Shown: positions 48,587 through 58,447, counted from the stretch's first letter. The stretch: 64,000 nt of DNA from Cyanobacteriota bacterium (GCA_033764955.1 JANRIL010000042.1:132205-196204), one strand, 5' to 3'. A program made the numbers and translations. The notes: a model not told the origin generated them from the sequence alone.

Positions 48587-49642
48587 ATGCTGAAAAGGTC
48601 TGTCGAGTTGAGCCGTGTCCTCAACAGGTTTATGCTGCTTCTCTTGGTTCCAATGGTAGTTGGCTTCATTCATGCTTGTGGATCCGGCACTTCCCTAGCT
48701 GTCAATCCAGCGAATCCGTTGCAGGTTGACTCTCCTGTTTCCGTCTGGTTTGAGGGTGACCCCACCGCTTTTGATAGCACGGATGCGGCTATTGCCTTTG
48801 GTTTGGCCGCCCTCAAAGAGCCTCCCAAGAATCTGGCTAACCCCACCAATGCTCAAATCTCTAATGAGGTGAAAAATCGCTTTGGCTTGACGCTGACCGA
48901 GGCTGAGCTGAGTGCCAATAATGCTTTTGTCTTGGCTTCAGCCGATTTTGATCATAACGGGTCAACCAATTCGATTGATGCGGCGGTGGCCTTTGCAGTG
49001 GCGGTGTTGAGAGAACCCCCCAACAATATCCCTGACCCCACGGCTAAACAGGTAGAGGCGGAGGTGTGGCAACGCTTTGGTATTGTGGTCAATTTGGCAC
49101 AAGTGCCAGGTTCTAGTCCTGATTCCTCGCCAAGCCCTAACCCATCGATGAGTCCATCGGTTTCGCCAAGTCCAAGTTCTTCGCCAAGTCCTGGTACTGA
49201 TATTGATGATTTATTTCCTGATTTGCCACCAGATCCAGGGGAGGAAGGAAAGAAGACGTTGGCAGGAATTGATGCTGATAATGATGGGGTGAGAGATGAT
49301 GTGCAGCGATGGATTTATGAAAGGGTTCCTAATGAAGAAAATCTTAGGAAGTCACTCTTAAAGTATGCGGAAATCAAACAGTTATCCCTATTAAATGCTG
49401 AGGATAAGCAAAAATCACTTGAACTAGCTCTTCGTAGTTTGCGATCTCTAGAATGCTCCTGGTGGCACTCACAAGAGCTTGGCTTAGGTGAAGATGGTAT
49501 TGATCTAACAATGGAACTAGCAGCACAAATTGTTAATACAAAACAAAGAGTCATCGCTGAGGTAACGGCTGACAGCCACTCCAGCGGAGGTGTAGTAAGT
49601 AAAACACCCTACGATCAACGACCAGCATTGTGTGAATTTTAG
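48587..49642 (+). CDS. Lipoprotein: dockerin-like module + Ser/Pro linker + 'LPPDPG...GIDxDNDGVRDD' domain
   Basis: Lipobox 'IHAC'; N-terminal module about 61% identical (hand alignment) to that of the 40776 protein. Confidence 0.8.
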   Translation: MLKRSVELSRVLNRFMLLLLVPMVVGFIHACGSGTSLAVNPANPLQVDSPVSVWFEGDPTAFDSTDAAIAFGLAALKEPPKNLANPTNAQISNEVKNRFGLTLTEAELSANNAFVLASADFDHNGSTNSIDAAVAFAVAVLREPPNNIPDPTAKQVEAEVWQRFGIVVNLAQVPGSSPDSSPSPNPSMSPSVSPSPSSSPSPGTDIDDLFPDLPPDPGEEGKKTLAGIDADNDGVRDDVQRWIYERVPNEENLRKSLLKYAEIKQLSLLNAEDKQKSLELALRSLRSLECSWWHSQELGLGEDGIDLTMELAAQIVNTKQRVIAEVTADSHSSGGVVSKTPYDQRPALCEF

Positions 49643-50260
49643 AACTCACAGGAAAGCATTGTATGAAAAAGCTGAGTTTAGTTTTATCTCTGATACTAGG
49701 ATTCTTTTTGATATCTTGTGGCTCATCATCTATTGATGATTTATTTCCTGATTTGCCGCCGGATCCGGGGGAGGAAGGAAAGAAGACGTTGGCAGGAATA
49801 GATGTCGATAATGATGGAGTGAGAGATGATGTGCAGCGATGGATTTATGAAAGGGTTCCTAATGAGGAAAATCTTAGAAAGTCACTCTTAAAGTATGCAG
49901 AAATCAAACAGCTATCTCTATTAAATGCTGAGGATAAGCAAAAATCACTTGACTTATCTCTTCGTCGCTTGAGATCTCTAGAATGCTCTTGGTGGCATTC
50001 TAAACAACTAGGATCTGAAGAAAGTGGCATGGATCTAACATCAGAACTAGCAGCACAAATTGTTAATACGAAACAAAGAGTCATCGCTGAGGTAACGGCT
50101 GACAGCCATTCCAGTGGTCGTGTAGTAAGTTTGACCCCCGATGAGAAACGATCACAATTATGTGAATTTTAGAATTCAGAGGAAAGCATTGTATGAAAAA
50201 ACTGAGCTTGGTTTTATCTCTTATATTAGGATTCTTTTTGATATCTTGTGGCTCATCTTC
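49201..50260 (+). repeat. 530-bp tandem duplication (49201-49730 / 49731-50260)
   Basis: Both copies start TATTGATGATTTATTTCCTG, end ATATCTTGTGGCTCATC(A/T)TC and are colinear without indels. Confidence 0.95.
49663..50172 (+). CDS. Lipoprotein consisting of the 'LPPDPG...DNDGVRDD' domain only
   Basis: Lipobox 'LISC'; near-copy of the C-terminal domain of 48587-49642. Confidence 0.8.
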   Translation: MKKLSLVLSLILGFFLISCGSSSIDDLFPDLPPDPGEEGKKTLAGIDVDNDGVRDDVQRWIYERVPNEENLRKSLLKYAEIKQLSLLNAEDKQKSLDLSLRRLRSLECSWWHSKQLGSEESGMDLTSELAAQIVNTKQRVIAEVTADSHSSGRVVSLTPDEKRSQLCEF

Positions 50261-50399
50261 AAATCTTTCTGTATCTAATCAACCTGTATTTCTTGCTCAA
50301 GCTCAGAGCCGCACCCGTTGTGATTATTTTGAAAACACCTACCGATTTGGGGCACACTTCCACAACAGCCCGTTATCGATTGGGCAAAATTTTGATTGA
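50193..50399 (+). pseudogene. Probably truncated lipoprotein gene; donor of the duplicated signal peptide
   Basis: Same MKKLSLVLSLILGFFLISCGSSS leader followed by only about 45 unrelated residues. Confidence 0.55.
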
Positions 50400-50619
50400 T
50401 GGTTCAGGTTTTATGGCTGAGGGTTGTCAATATCACGAGATTTCAAGCTGTACACTCTGGGAAATTTCAGTAGATTCAAACCAACTCAATCCAGATCCAT
50501 AGACAAATGGTGAGGCCAATGCAATCCACACTCGACTTAGGTTGCCATCACCCCTTGAGGGATCCCAGGTCAAGAGAACCTCTACACTGAGAGGAGACAC
50601 CCTTATCTGGGCAACTGGC

Positions 50620-51441
50620 ATGTTTTCTTCTGAGGAATTGGGATCCCTGCGCTTGAGCATGGTCAGATTAGCAGAACAGGCCGGACAAGGGATTTTGCAG
50701 GTCTACGCTCAAGCGGATCTAGGGATTACCCACAAAACCGATGACTCTCCCCTCACCCAAGCGGATTTAGTCTCTCATCACACAATTGTGGAGGGGTTGC
50801 AGAATCAGGAGCGGCGGTTGCCGATTTTGTCGGAAGAATCTCAGGCCATCCCCTACCAGGAACGGCAGCCCTGGTCAGCTTTTTGGTTAGTCGATCCTCT
50901 GGATGGCACCAAAGAGTTTATTCAACGGAATGGGCAGTTTACGGTCAATATCGCCCTGATTGAGGAGGGGATCCCCATTTTGGGGGTGGTTCATGCCCCT
51001 GTTTTGTCTACCACCTACTCAGCGGCGCGGGGGGGGGGAGCCTTTAAGCAGGCATCTGGGCAGCCAGAACAACCCATCAGAGTGGCTGATTATCCGGTAA
51101 CTCCTTGCCGCGTGGTGGCGAGTCGTTCCCATGCTGGCTCCGAAACAACCGACTTTTTGGAGCGGCTGCGTCAGACCGTGGGGGAAGTGAGTGTGGTGTC
51201 GATGGGCAGTTCCCTCAAGTTTTGTTTGGTGGCTGAGGGATCCGCTCATCTCTATCCTCGATTTGGCCCAACCATGGAGTGGGATACCGCTGCCGCCCAT
51301 GCCATTGTCCAAGAGGCCGGAGGAGAAGTTACCACTCTCCAGGGGGATCCCTTGCGCTACAACAAGCCCGATCTGCTCAATCCTTATTTCATGGTGTTTG
51401 GAAATCCGGTGGCGGGGCTGTGGCCTGCCCTAGTGGGATAG
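50620..51441 (+). CDS. cysQ: 3'(2'),5'-bisphosphate nucleotidase
   Basis: 'SPLTQAD', 'ILSEE', 'FWLVDPLDGTKEF', 'GSSLKFCLVAEG', 'PTMEWDTAA'. Confidence 0.96.
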   Translation: MFSSEELGSLRLSMVRLAEQAGQGILQVYAQADLGITHKTDDSPLTQADLVSHHTIVEGLQNQERRLPILSEESQAIPYQERQPWSAFWLVDPLDGTKEFIQRNGQFTVNIALIEEGIPILGVVHAPVLSTTYSAARGGGAFKQASGQPEQPIRVADYPVTPCRVVASRSHAGSETTDFLERLRQTVGEVSVVSMGSSLKFCLVAEGSAHLYPRFGPTMEWDTAAAHAIVQEAGGEVTTLQGDPLRYNKPDLLNPYFMVFGNPVAGLWPALVG

Positions 51442-51480
51442 CCGTAACAGTCCCGATATCCCTATTGCTGAGAAGCTCCT

Positions 51481-53103
51481 TTAGCTAGCCGTGATGGACT
51501 GAACGGGGGCAATCGTTAACAATTTCAGCTTAGGCAACCGCTCTTGAATTTGCTGTAGGCTCCAGATGTTTTTACACAGCAAGACAGGGCGGCTCCAACT
51601 GTCTTTGAAGATCTCCGAGTTATAAAGGGATCCCAAATGTTCCGCCACCTCCCAACCTCCCTCAATCCAGCGGGCAATCGTATAGGCGAGGGGTTCCAGA
51701 CGGGTTTCGACGTTGTATTCGTTTTCTAGACGAAATTGCACCACCTCAAATTGCAAAGGACCAACCGCTGCCAGAATCGGATCCCGTTTGGCCTCATCTA
51801 AGGAGTATAAAATCTGCACAGCTCCTTCTTCCTTGAGTTGTTCAATGCCCTTCATAAAGGGCTTGAACTTAGAAGGGTTGGGATTGCGAATCCAGGCGAA
51901 ATGTTCGGGAGAAAAGCTAGGGATCCCTTCAAATTGCAGAGGCTTGCCTGTGCAGATCGTATCGCCAATTGAGAACAAACCTGGATTGATCAGTCCGACA
52001 ATATCGCCCGCATAGGCAGTTTCAATCACCTCTCGATCCTGAGCAAACAATTTATGGGCGCGAGATAATCGCACCTCTTTACCGGTGCGGACGTGATGGA
52101 CGGTCATATCTTTCTCAAACTTGCCAGAACAAACCCGCACAAAGGCGATGCGGTCGCGGTGGCGGGGATCCATATTGGCCTGAAGCTTAAAGACAAATCC
52201 CGAAAAATCCGGTTCATCGGGATCCACAGAGCCGTTGCTGCTGAGGTGAGCGCCGGGGGCAAGTGCCATCTCTAAGAAGTTGTCCAGAAACAGTTGCACC
52301 CCAAAATTGGTCATAGCACTGCCAAAGAAAACAGGCGTCATCACGCCCGCGTGTACCGCTTGCCGATCCAGTTGGGGGCTGACCTCCTGCAAAATCTCCA
52401 GTTCTTCCTTCAGTTGATAGTAAAGCTCCGGCTCCAGCCATTCCAGCAAAATCGGATCCCCTAAATGGGCAATCTGGAGCTTGGCCGCTTTCTGCCCGTG
52501 GGCTTGCCGCTCAAACACATGAATCTCTTGGGTCTGCCGATCATAAACCCCTTGAAAGCGATCCCCTGTGCCAATCGGCCAGTTGACCGCATAGGGGGTT
52601 AGCCCCAACACCCGCTCAATTTCATCCAGCAGTTCCAGGGGTTCGCGGGTGGGGCGATCCATTTTGTTGATAAACGAAAAAATCGGCAGATGGCGTAATT
52701 TGCAGATCTCGAATAACTTGAGGGTCTGGGTCTCTAGCCCTTTGGCTCCGTCCAAGAGCATGACCGCGTTATCCGCCGCCGCCAGCGTCCGATAGGTATC
52801 TTCACTAAAATCCTGGTGTCCGGGGGTATCCAGCAGATTGATCTGCCTCTGGTTATAGTCAAACTGCAAAACCGTGGAGGTAATGGAAATGCCCCGCTGC
52901 TGCTCCAGCTTCATCCAGTCTGAGGTGGCGTGACGCTGATGGCGTTTGGCTTTGACGGCTCCGGCCATATTCACAGCCCCACCGTAGAGCAGGAGCTTTT
53001 CCGTTAGGGTGGTTTTGCCCGCGTCAGGGTGGGAAATAATGGCGAAGGTTCGCCGCCGCTCAATTTCTTTGCTTAATTCAGCCGCTAATTCGGATTGAGT
53101 CAT
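51481..53103 (-). CDS. prfC: Peptide chain release factor 3
   Basis: '[28 protein letters not shown]', '[14 protein letters not shown]', '[14 protein letters not shown]'. Confidence 0.98.
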   Translation of the reverse strand: MTQSELAAELSKEIERRRTFAIISHPDAGKTTLTEKLLLYGGAVNMAGAVKAKRHQRHATSDWMKLEQQRGISITSTVLQFDYNQRQINLLDTPGHQDFSEDTYRTLAAADNAVMLLDGAKGLETQTLKLFEICKLRHLPIFSFINKMDRPTREPLELLDEIERVLGLTPYAVNWPIGTGDRFQGVYDRQTQEIHVFERQAHGQKAAKLQIAHLGDPILLEWLEPELYYQLKEELEILQEVSPQLDRQAVHAGVMTPVFFGSAMTNFGVQLFLDNFLEMALAPGAHLSSNGSVDPDEPDFSGFVFKLQANMDPRHRDRIAFVRVCSGKFEKDMTVHHVRTGKEVRLSRAHKLFAQDREVIETAYAGDIVGLINPGLFSIGDTICTGKPLQFEGIPSFSPEHFAWIRNPNPSKFKPFMKGIEQLKEEGAVQILYSLDEAKRDPILAAVGPLQFEVVQFRLENEYNVETRLEPLAYTIARWIEGGWEVAEHLGSLYNSEIFKDSWSRPVLLCKNIWSLQQIQERLPKLKLLTIAPVQSITAS

Positions 53104-53240
53104 GCCCGTTGGATAATGGATCACTAACTTTGATCCCTAACTGCTGGGAGAGCCGCCACAGCAGGACCTAAGGATCTATTTAGCATGTTGGCTTATGGAC
53201 TAACCCCTTGGCGAGATGGGGCACGTTGAGGAGCAATCCT

Positions 53241-55007
53241 TTAGGGCTGGGACACCATCTCCGCTAAAGCCTCAAACCCAGCATCCTGTAACTTTTCGAG
53301 CACCGCCTGAGCTGTGGCTCGATCTTGATAGGTGCCTGCCTGATAGATATTGCGCCCATTAAAAGAGGTTTCACTGGCTTCTGGCACAAGCTGCTGCAAC
53401 TTAGCCAGATCCGCTGCGTTGTTGGGGGTAACTAAGATCCGGAACCGGAAGCTGGCAACAGGATCCCCTGCGTTAGGCAGAGGATTGACCGCTACAGCCG
53501 TCGGATCGGCGGTCGTCACAGTGGTGGGTGGGGGCGGGGCTACCGTCGCGGGGGCGGGCTGGGGGCGAGGCTTGAGGGTGGTGATATCTAAGAGGGGGGA
53601 TTGGGCGGGGGTGGGCTGTTGGGTCAAAGAGGGGGGGCTGGCTTCGGGGGTAAAGGGCACGGGTTTAAATTCTGCCACTGCTGAATTGCTGGGATCCGCC
53701 GGAGCTAGGGTGGGGGCGAGGCTAGAAGTCGCTTGATTGACCAAAGGAGCCGGAGGGGTAGGGTTTGCTGGGGCGGCTGGAGTCGGCTGACTGGGTAGGG
53801 GAGCCGTGGAGATGGGGACTTGCACAGAGGGTAAGGGAGCAGCATTGCCTGCCGGACTGGGTTGAGGAGCGGGGTTGGCAGCGACGGCAGCAGGGGCAGG
53901 GAGACTGGGCAAGGTTAGGGATCCCTCAGCAATCGGGGCAGGAGCCGCCAAGGAGTCAGGGGTGACGGTGGCTTGGCCACTGATATCAATATCCCCTTTG
54001 GTTAGCCCGCTCAGTTGGTTGCCATTGGCGCTGATCAAGATGCCCTTAGCGGAGTTGTTGATGTCAAATTGTCCATTGCCCTGAAAGACATTATTGCCCG
54101 CATCGCCAGCGGTTCCCAGATCGGGATTACCTTTGGTGATAGCCACCAAGCCCGTCTCTAGGTTTTGGCTGATCGTGTTGTTGCGGAGGATCGGCTGAGC
54201 ACTTCCCCCCACAATCACGCCACTGCGATTTTGCACGATCCGGTTGTTCTTGACTTGAGGGGTGGATTTTTGGTCAATAGTGATACCAAATCCGGTTTCC
54301 TGAAACAGATTGTTGACAATCGTGGGAGCAGAAGTTCCCAACACGGAAATGCCGTTGGCTCCATTTTTATAGAAGCGGTTTCCCTCTACCCAAGGGCTGG
54401 AGGATCCGGCCATAAAAATGCCGTCATGGATGCTGCCCACAAAGCTGTTGTTGTAGACCTTGGGAGAGGTGGATTCTAGCCAGAGGGCATAGCCACGCCG
54501 TCCTTCATTACGCATGGTCACCCCACGAATTTCGGATCCGGTTTCCGCCAGCATCGTGATGGTTTGGCGAGCCAGAGTGGGGCTAACAAAGGAGCCACCA
54601 CCAGAAATAAGATAGCCCTCCCCCAGGCTGGCCTCATCCCCCCGCAAAATTTGGCCTGCTTTCAGTTTGATGGGAAAGACTTCGCCACTTTCGGCAGTAT
54701 AGGAACCTGGCAAGAGTTGGATCAAGCTGCCCGCTGAGGCTCGTTCGACGGCATAGGTAATGGTTTGGTAGGGAGCTGCCTGGGATCCATCGCCTGAAGT
54801 ATCGCTGCCATTAGTGGCATCCACAAAAATGGCGATTAAGCTGTTGGGCAGTGGTGGCACCCCCACCGGAGCTTGTTGACCTGACAGGGTGGCGTCGAGG
54901 GTAGTTTGTGCCAGAGCCGGCAGGGATCCCAATCCCAACAGACCAGCAAGCAGAATCAGGGAAGAGAGCCGAGGAACGGCAGACAAGCAACCAAATGGCA
55001 GGGACAT
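53241..55007 (-). CDS. Secreted DUF1565 beta-helix protein with Pro-rich linker and C-terminal SPOR-like domain
   Basis: 'GSD..GDGSQAAPYQTIT', 'PGSYTAESGEVFPI', 'PDLG...AG.N.F..N'; C-terminal 'YQAGTYQDR..A'. Confidence 0.85.
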   Translation of the reverse strand: MSLPFGCLSAVPRLSSLILLAGLLGLGSLPALAQTTLDATLSGQQAPVGVPPLPNSLIAIFVDATNGSDTSGDGSQAAPYQTITYAVERASAGSLIQLLPGSYTAESGEVFPIKLKAGQILRGDEASLGEGYLISGGGSFVSPTLARQTITMLAETGSEIRGVTMRNEGRRGYALWLESTSPKVYNNSFVGSIHDGIFMAGSSSPWVEGNRFYKNGANGISVLGTSAPTIVNNLFQETGFGITIDQKSTPQVKNNRIVQNRSGVIVGGSAQPILRNNTISQNLETGLVAITKGNPDLGTAGDAGNNVFQGNGQFDINNSAKGILISANGNQLSGLTKGDIDISGQATVTPDSLAAPAPIAEGSLTLPSLPAPAAVAANPAPQPSPAGNAAPLPSVQVPISTAPLPSQPTPAAPANPTPPAPLVNQATSSLAPTLAPADPSNSAVAEFKPVPFTPEASPPSLTQQPTPAQSPLLDITTLKPRPQPAPATVAPPPPTTVTTADPTAVAVNPLPNAGDPVASFRFRILVTPNNAADLAKLQQLVPEASETSFNGRNIYQAGTYQDRATAQAVLEKLQDAGFEALAEMVSQP

Positions 55008-55163
55008 AGTACGATAGCCTCACACCCAAAAAAACAGGCAAACCGCAGTCATCCTAACAAACTTAGCCCCTCAAGATCCCAGTTCTCAGGGGGGATTTTG
55101 CCGTTCACCGGGGTGGTGATCACCCTACTATGACCTCCTGCTGACATTCTCATTACCAAAGCT

Positions 55164-55730
55164 ATGACTTGTATCGTGGGCTGGGCGGATCCCCAGGGGC
55201 AACGGGTCTGTATTGGCGGTGATTCGGCGGCAATGTCGGGATTAAACCTGATGGTGCGGGCCGATGAAAAGGTTTTCCGTAATGGCGAGATGTTGTTTGG
55301 CTGTACCACCTCGTTTCGCATGACCCAACTATTACGATTTTCACTGCGGATCCCTAGCCAGCCCGTCGAAAAAGGGGATTATGAGTTTCTCTGTACCGAT
55401 GTCGTGGATGCAATTCGGGCTTGCCTCAAGGTGGGCGGCTTTGCGCGGCTAGAAAATGGCGTGGAACGGGGGGGCAGCTTCATTATTGGGTATCGCGGCC
55501 ACATTTATGCGGAGGAGGATGATTTTCAGGTGGCGCAACCCCAGCAACCCTTTTATGCTGTCGGTTGCGGGGAGTCTTTTGCCTACGGAGCCTGTTGGAT
55601 TCTACGGGAGGATGGGCTGTTGTCTCTAGCAGAAAAGGTAAAGCGGGCATTAGAGGTCGCCCATCAATGCAATGGCGGTGTGCGTCCCCCCTATGTGGTC
55701 TTGCAGCAAACCTGGCCAGAGGGATCCTGA
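55164..55730 (+). CDS. Ntn-hydrolase, proteasome beta/HslV-like peptidase
   Basis: M-T-C-I-V-G start, 'GGDS', 'KVF', 'AVGCG..FAYGA', 'ALE.A'. Confidence 0.7.
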   Translation: MTCIVGWADPQGQRVCIGGDSAAMSGLNLMVRADEKVFRNGEMLFGCTTSFRMTQLLRFSLRIPSQPVEKGDYEFLCTDVVDAIRACLKVGGFARLENGVERGGSFIIGYRGHIYAEEDDFQVAQPQQPFYAVGCGESFAYGACWILREDGLLSLAEKVKRALEVAHQCNGGVRPPYVVLQQTWPEGS

Positions 55731-55804
55731 GCGCTTGAAAAAGATCGGCATTTTTGCTGGCCTGGGTTATCGTGAGGGTGCAAACTTTTTTTCCCTCCTC
55801 TCCC

Positions 55805-55987
55805 ATGACACCTCCTACTGCTTTCTCAGCCGAACAGGCGATTTGGAAGTCTCTACGTCAGGCGATTGTGGAAAGTTCGGGTTTTTTGGGTTGGCTACAG
55901 GGTCGCCATCTGCCCCAAGAAGAATCCGAACTGGATCGGTTGGCGCATGAATATCTGGAGCAAACTCTCTCCACGTTAGCCTACTGA
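55805..55987 (+). CDS. Small cyanobacterial hypothetical protein
   Basis: 'W.SL.QAI..SSGF..W ... YLEQTLSTLAY' pattern. Confidence 0.75.
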   Translation: MTPPTAFSAEQAIWKSLRQAIVESSGFLGWLQGRHLPQEESELDRLAHEYLEQTLSTLAY

Positions 55988-56182
55988 ATCTGGCTAGCCT
56001 CTTCTGGGCTATCCCTACGGGTGCTTTACCCCTGAGGTATCAACCCTCCTTTTGGGTGGCGAAATCCATTAATGAAATCATCGTCATCGTTTTTTCTGGG
56101 CAACCTTAACTTGTTAGGCTACTTGTTAGGCTAAACAACAGTAGCCTTATCCCCCCCCTTACTCCCAGAGAGGACGCATCCC

Positions 56183-56881
56183 TTGAATGCTGAGATGGAC
56201 TGGAAGTTTGCCTTTGAACGATCCCAAATGTTGCGGGAGTTTCAGTCGGAACTATTGGTCAGCATTGGGCATGAATTGCGTAACCCCCTGAGTAGCCAGA
56301 TGGGATCCCTTCAGTTGATCCTTTCTGATCTCTGTGATTCTCCCGAAGAAGAGCGGGAATATGTTGGGGCAGCGAAGCAATCGGTTGAAAAACTTCTCAA
56401 GCTTTTAGAAGACTATACCCGTCTTGCCCGCCATCACCTCCCTATCCAGCCCCTCAGCCTAGAAGTGCTACCGCTGCAACCCATTTTTCAGGATGTCTAT
56501 CACCTGACCCTTTTGCAAGCTCACGATCAAGGGATCCGCTATGACTGGTCGATGATCCAAACCCCTCAGCCCTGTGATCTGGTGGCGTTGGCGGATCCCC
56601 ACGGATTGGTACAAGCTCTGCTGGGAATCTGTCGCTGGAGCATTCGTCGGTTGCGTTATGGCACGATGTTGTTGACCGCTCAACCCAGCCCCACTGCTCC
56701 CACTCACATCCAACTGGATCTGAAGCTGGAGGGGCGCTGTCAGTTTCCGGTGGATCCGGAAGAAAGTTTATCCTGGCGAGTTAGTCAAACCCTGCTCCGG
56801 CAAATGCAAGGGGATCTGCTGTTGCAGGAAAGCAGCAGCCAACGGTTAGGAATCCGTGCCCTGCTCTCCAGCCCAGGTTAG
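56183..56881 (+). CDS. HisKA-domain protein with degenerate ATPase domain
   Basis: 'GHELRNPLSS..GSLQLILSDLCDSPEEERE'; no recognisable N/G1/G2 boxes. Confidence 0.75.
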   Translation: MNAEMDWKFAFERSQMLREFQSELLVSIGHELRNPLSSQMGSLQLILSDLCDSPEEEREYVGAAKQSVEKLLKLLEDYTRLARHHLPIQPLSLEVLPLQPIFQDVYHLTLLQAHDQGIRYDWSMIQTPQPCDLVALADPHGLVQALLGICRWSIRRLRYGTMLLTAQPSPTAPTHIQLDLKLEGRCQFPVDPEESLSWRVSQTLLRQMQGDLLLQESSSQRLGIRALLSSPG

Positions 56882-56884
56882 TTC

Positions 56885-57637
56885 ATGCTTGGGAAGACCA
56901 GTGTACAATTACAAACATTGGTTTTACGCCGTTTAACGGATATGGATAGCTGGCTAAACATCTCTCAATCGCTAGAAGAACGGGAACTGGCTGGCAAGTT
57001 GGATGAATTGGAATTATTACAGGGGCAGTTGTCGGAACGGGAGCTGGAGCTAGCCACCCTTCAGGCAGCCTTGAACGCCTTTGATCAGGAGTATCAACGC
57101 CGGGTGGGGGTACGCCGTCAACAGTTGCATCAGATTGAAACCCAGATTCGTCAATATACGGCTTATCTGGAATCGGTGAAGGAGTTTAAGCCCTCTCCCC
57201 AGTTAAAGCAACTTTACCGAGAGGTGGCGAAACGGATCCATCCCGATCTAGCGGTGGATGAGAACGAGCGAGGGCATCGGCAGCAGTTGATGATTCAGGC
57301 TAACCAAGCCTATGAAGCGGGGGATGAACGTCGTCTGCGAGTCATTTTGGACACCTGGAATCAAAGTCCAGAGTCGGTACAGGGCGAAGGGATCCCCTCT
57401 CAATTGTTGCGAACCACCCGCAAAATTACCCAGATCAAAGAACGCTTGCACATCATCCACCGCGAGATCACCAGCCTCGAAAATTCTGACACCTACAAGC
57501 TCAAGTGTCGCGTAGAGTATTCCCAGCAAGAGGGTCAAGATTTATTGGCCGAATTAGCTGCCCTCATGGAGGCTGAGATTATGGACGCCATGCAACAGCT
57601 AGAGCACCTCAAGGCACAACTGAGCCAGCGGGTGTGA
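56885..57637 (+). CDS. Coiled-coil protein with internal J-domain-like HPD motif
   Basis: 'LKQLYREVAKRIHPDL ... MIQANQAYE'. Confidence 0.8.
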   Translation: MLGKTSVQLQTLVLRRLTDMDSWLNISQSLEERELAGKLDELELLQGQLSERELELATLQAALNAFDQEYQRRVGVRRQQLHQIETQIRQYTAYLESVKEFKPSPQLKQLYREVAKRIHPDLAVDENERGHRQQLMIQANQAYEAGDERRLRVILDTWNQSPESVQGEGIPSQLLRTTRKITQIKERLHIIHREITSLENSDTYKLKCRVEYSQQEGQDLLAELAALMEAEIMDAMQQLEHLKAQLSQRV

Positions 57638-57730
57638 GGGGTAGGTCGAAAACCAGCCCCCTACCCTCTAGCGGTTGGGGTGGGTTAGCTTACGGATGAT
57701 CTACCCTTCCATGCCTAGGTTGCCTAGATT

Positions 57731-58447
57731 ATGTCTGATGTCACCAAACCACCCTCCTGGGATCCTTTCCGCTTTTGGCAAACCCTCGTTTTTTTTGAGG
57801 TGATTCCTTGGGCTAAGGGATTGAGTTGCCTGCAACGTTGGGTGGCTGGAGATCCCCTCCGGGGTTCCCAAGGGGGGGCAGCGGATTTACCATCGCCTCC
57901 ATCCCTGGCTAGCTATATCTGTGATTTTAGTAGCCAATCCTCAGCTCAATCCGCACCACAACTGTGGGGATCTTTGGATGATGTGGTGATGGGAGGAGTC
58001 AGCCAAAGCTATCTACAATTTTTGCCGGATCAGGCTATTTTTGAGGGATCGGTATCCACGGCGAATTCTGGTGGATTTGTCTCGGTGCGTACCCGCAATT
58101 TTGACCCACCCCTTGATCTTTCTGCCTATCAAGGGATCCAGTTGCGTCTTCAGGGGGATGGTCAGCGCTATAAGTTTTTCCTGAGAAATGATTCGGGTTG
58201 GGATAGTCTGGCCTATTATCAGGGGTTTGATACCCAAGCGGGGGAATGGATGACGGTGCGGATCCCGTTTGCCGATTTAGTACCTATTTTTCGCGCCAAA
58301 ACTGTGAATGGCGCTACTCCTTTTAATCCTGCTCAGGTTTCTTCCCTGCAAATTATGTTGAGCAAGTTTGAAGCAGATGGATTGTTAAACCCGCACTTTC
58401 ACTCCGGCTCCTTTCGCTTAGCTATCGCCTCGATTGGGGTTTATTAA
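57731..58447 (+). CDS. CIA30 family protein
   Basis: 'WGSLDDVVMGGVS', 'NSGGFVSVR', 'GDGQRYK', 'QIMLSKFE.DG.LNP'. Confidence 0.9.
   Translation: MSDVTKPPSWDPFRFWQTLVFFEVIPWAKGLSCLQRWVAGDPLRGSQGGAADLPSPPSLASYICDFSSQSSAQSAPQLWGSLDDVVMGGVSQSYLQFLPDQAIFEGSVSTANSGGFVSVRTRNFDPPLDLSAYQGIQLRLQGDGQRYKFFLRNDSGWDSLAYYQGFDTQAGEWMTVRIPFADLVPIFRAKTVNGATPFNPAQVSSLQIMLSKFEADGLLNPHFHSGSFRLAIASIGVY

Noticed and set aside
49201..50260. Diversity-generating retroelement TR/VR pair
   Set aside because: Differences are not adenine-specific, many are synonymous, and no reverse transcriptase is present in the window.
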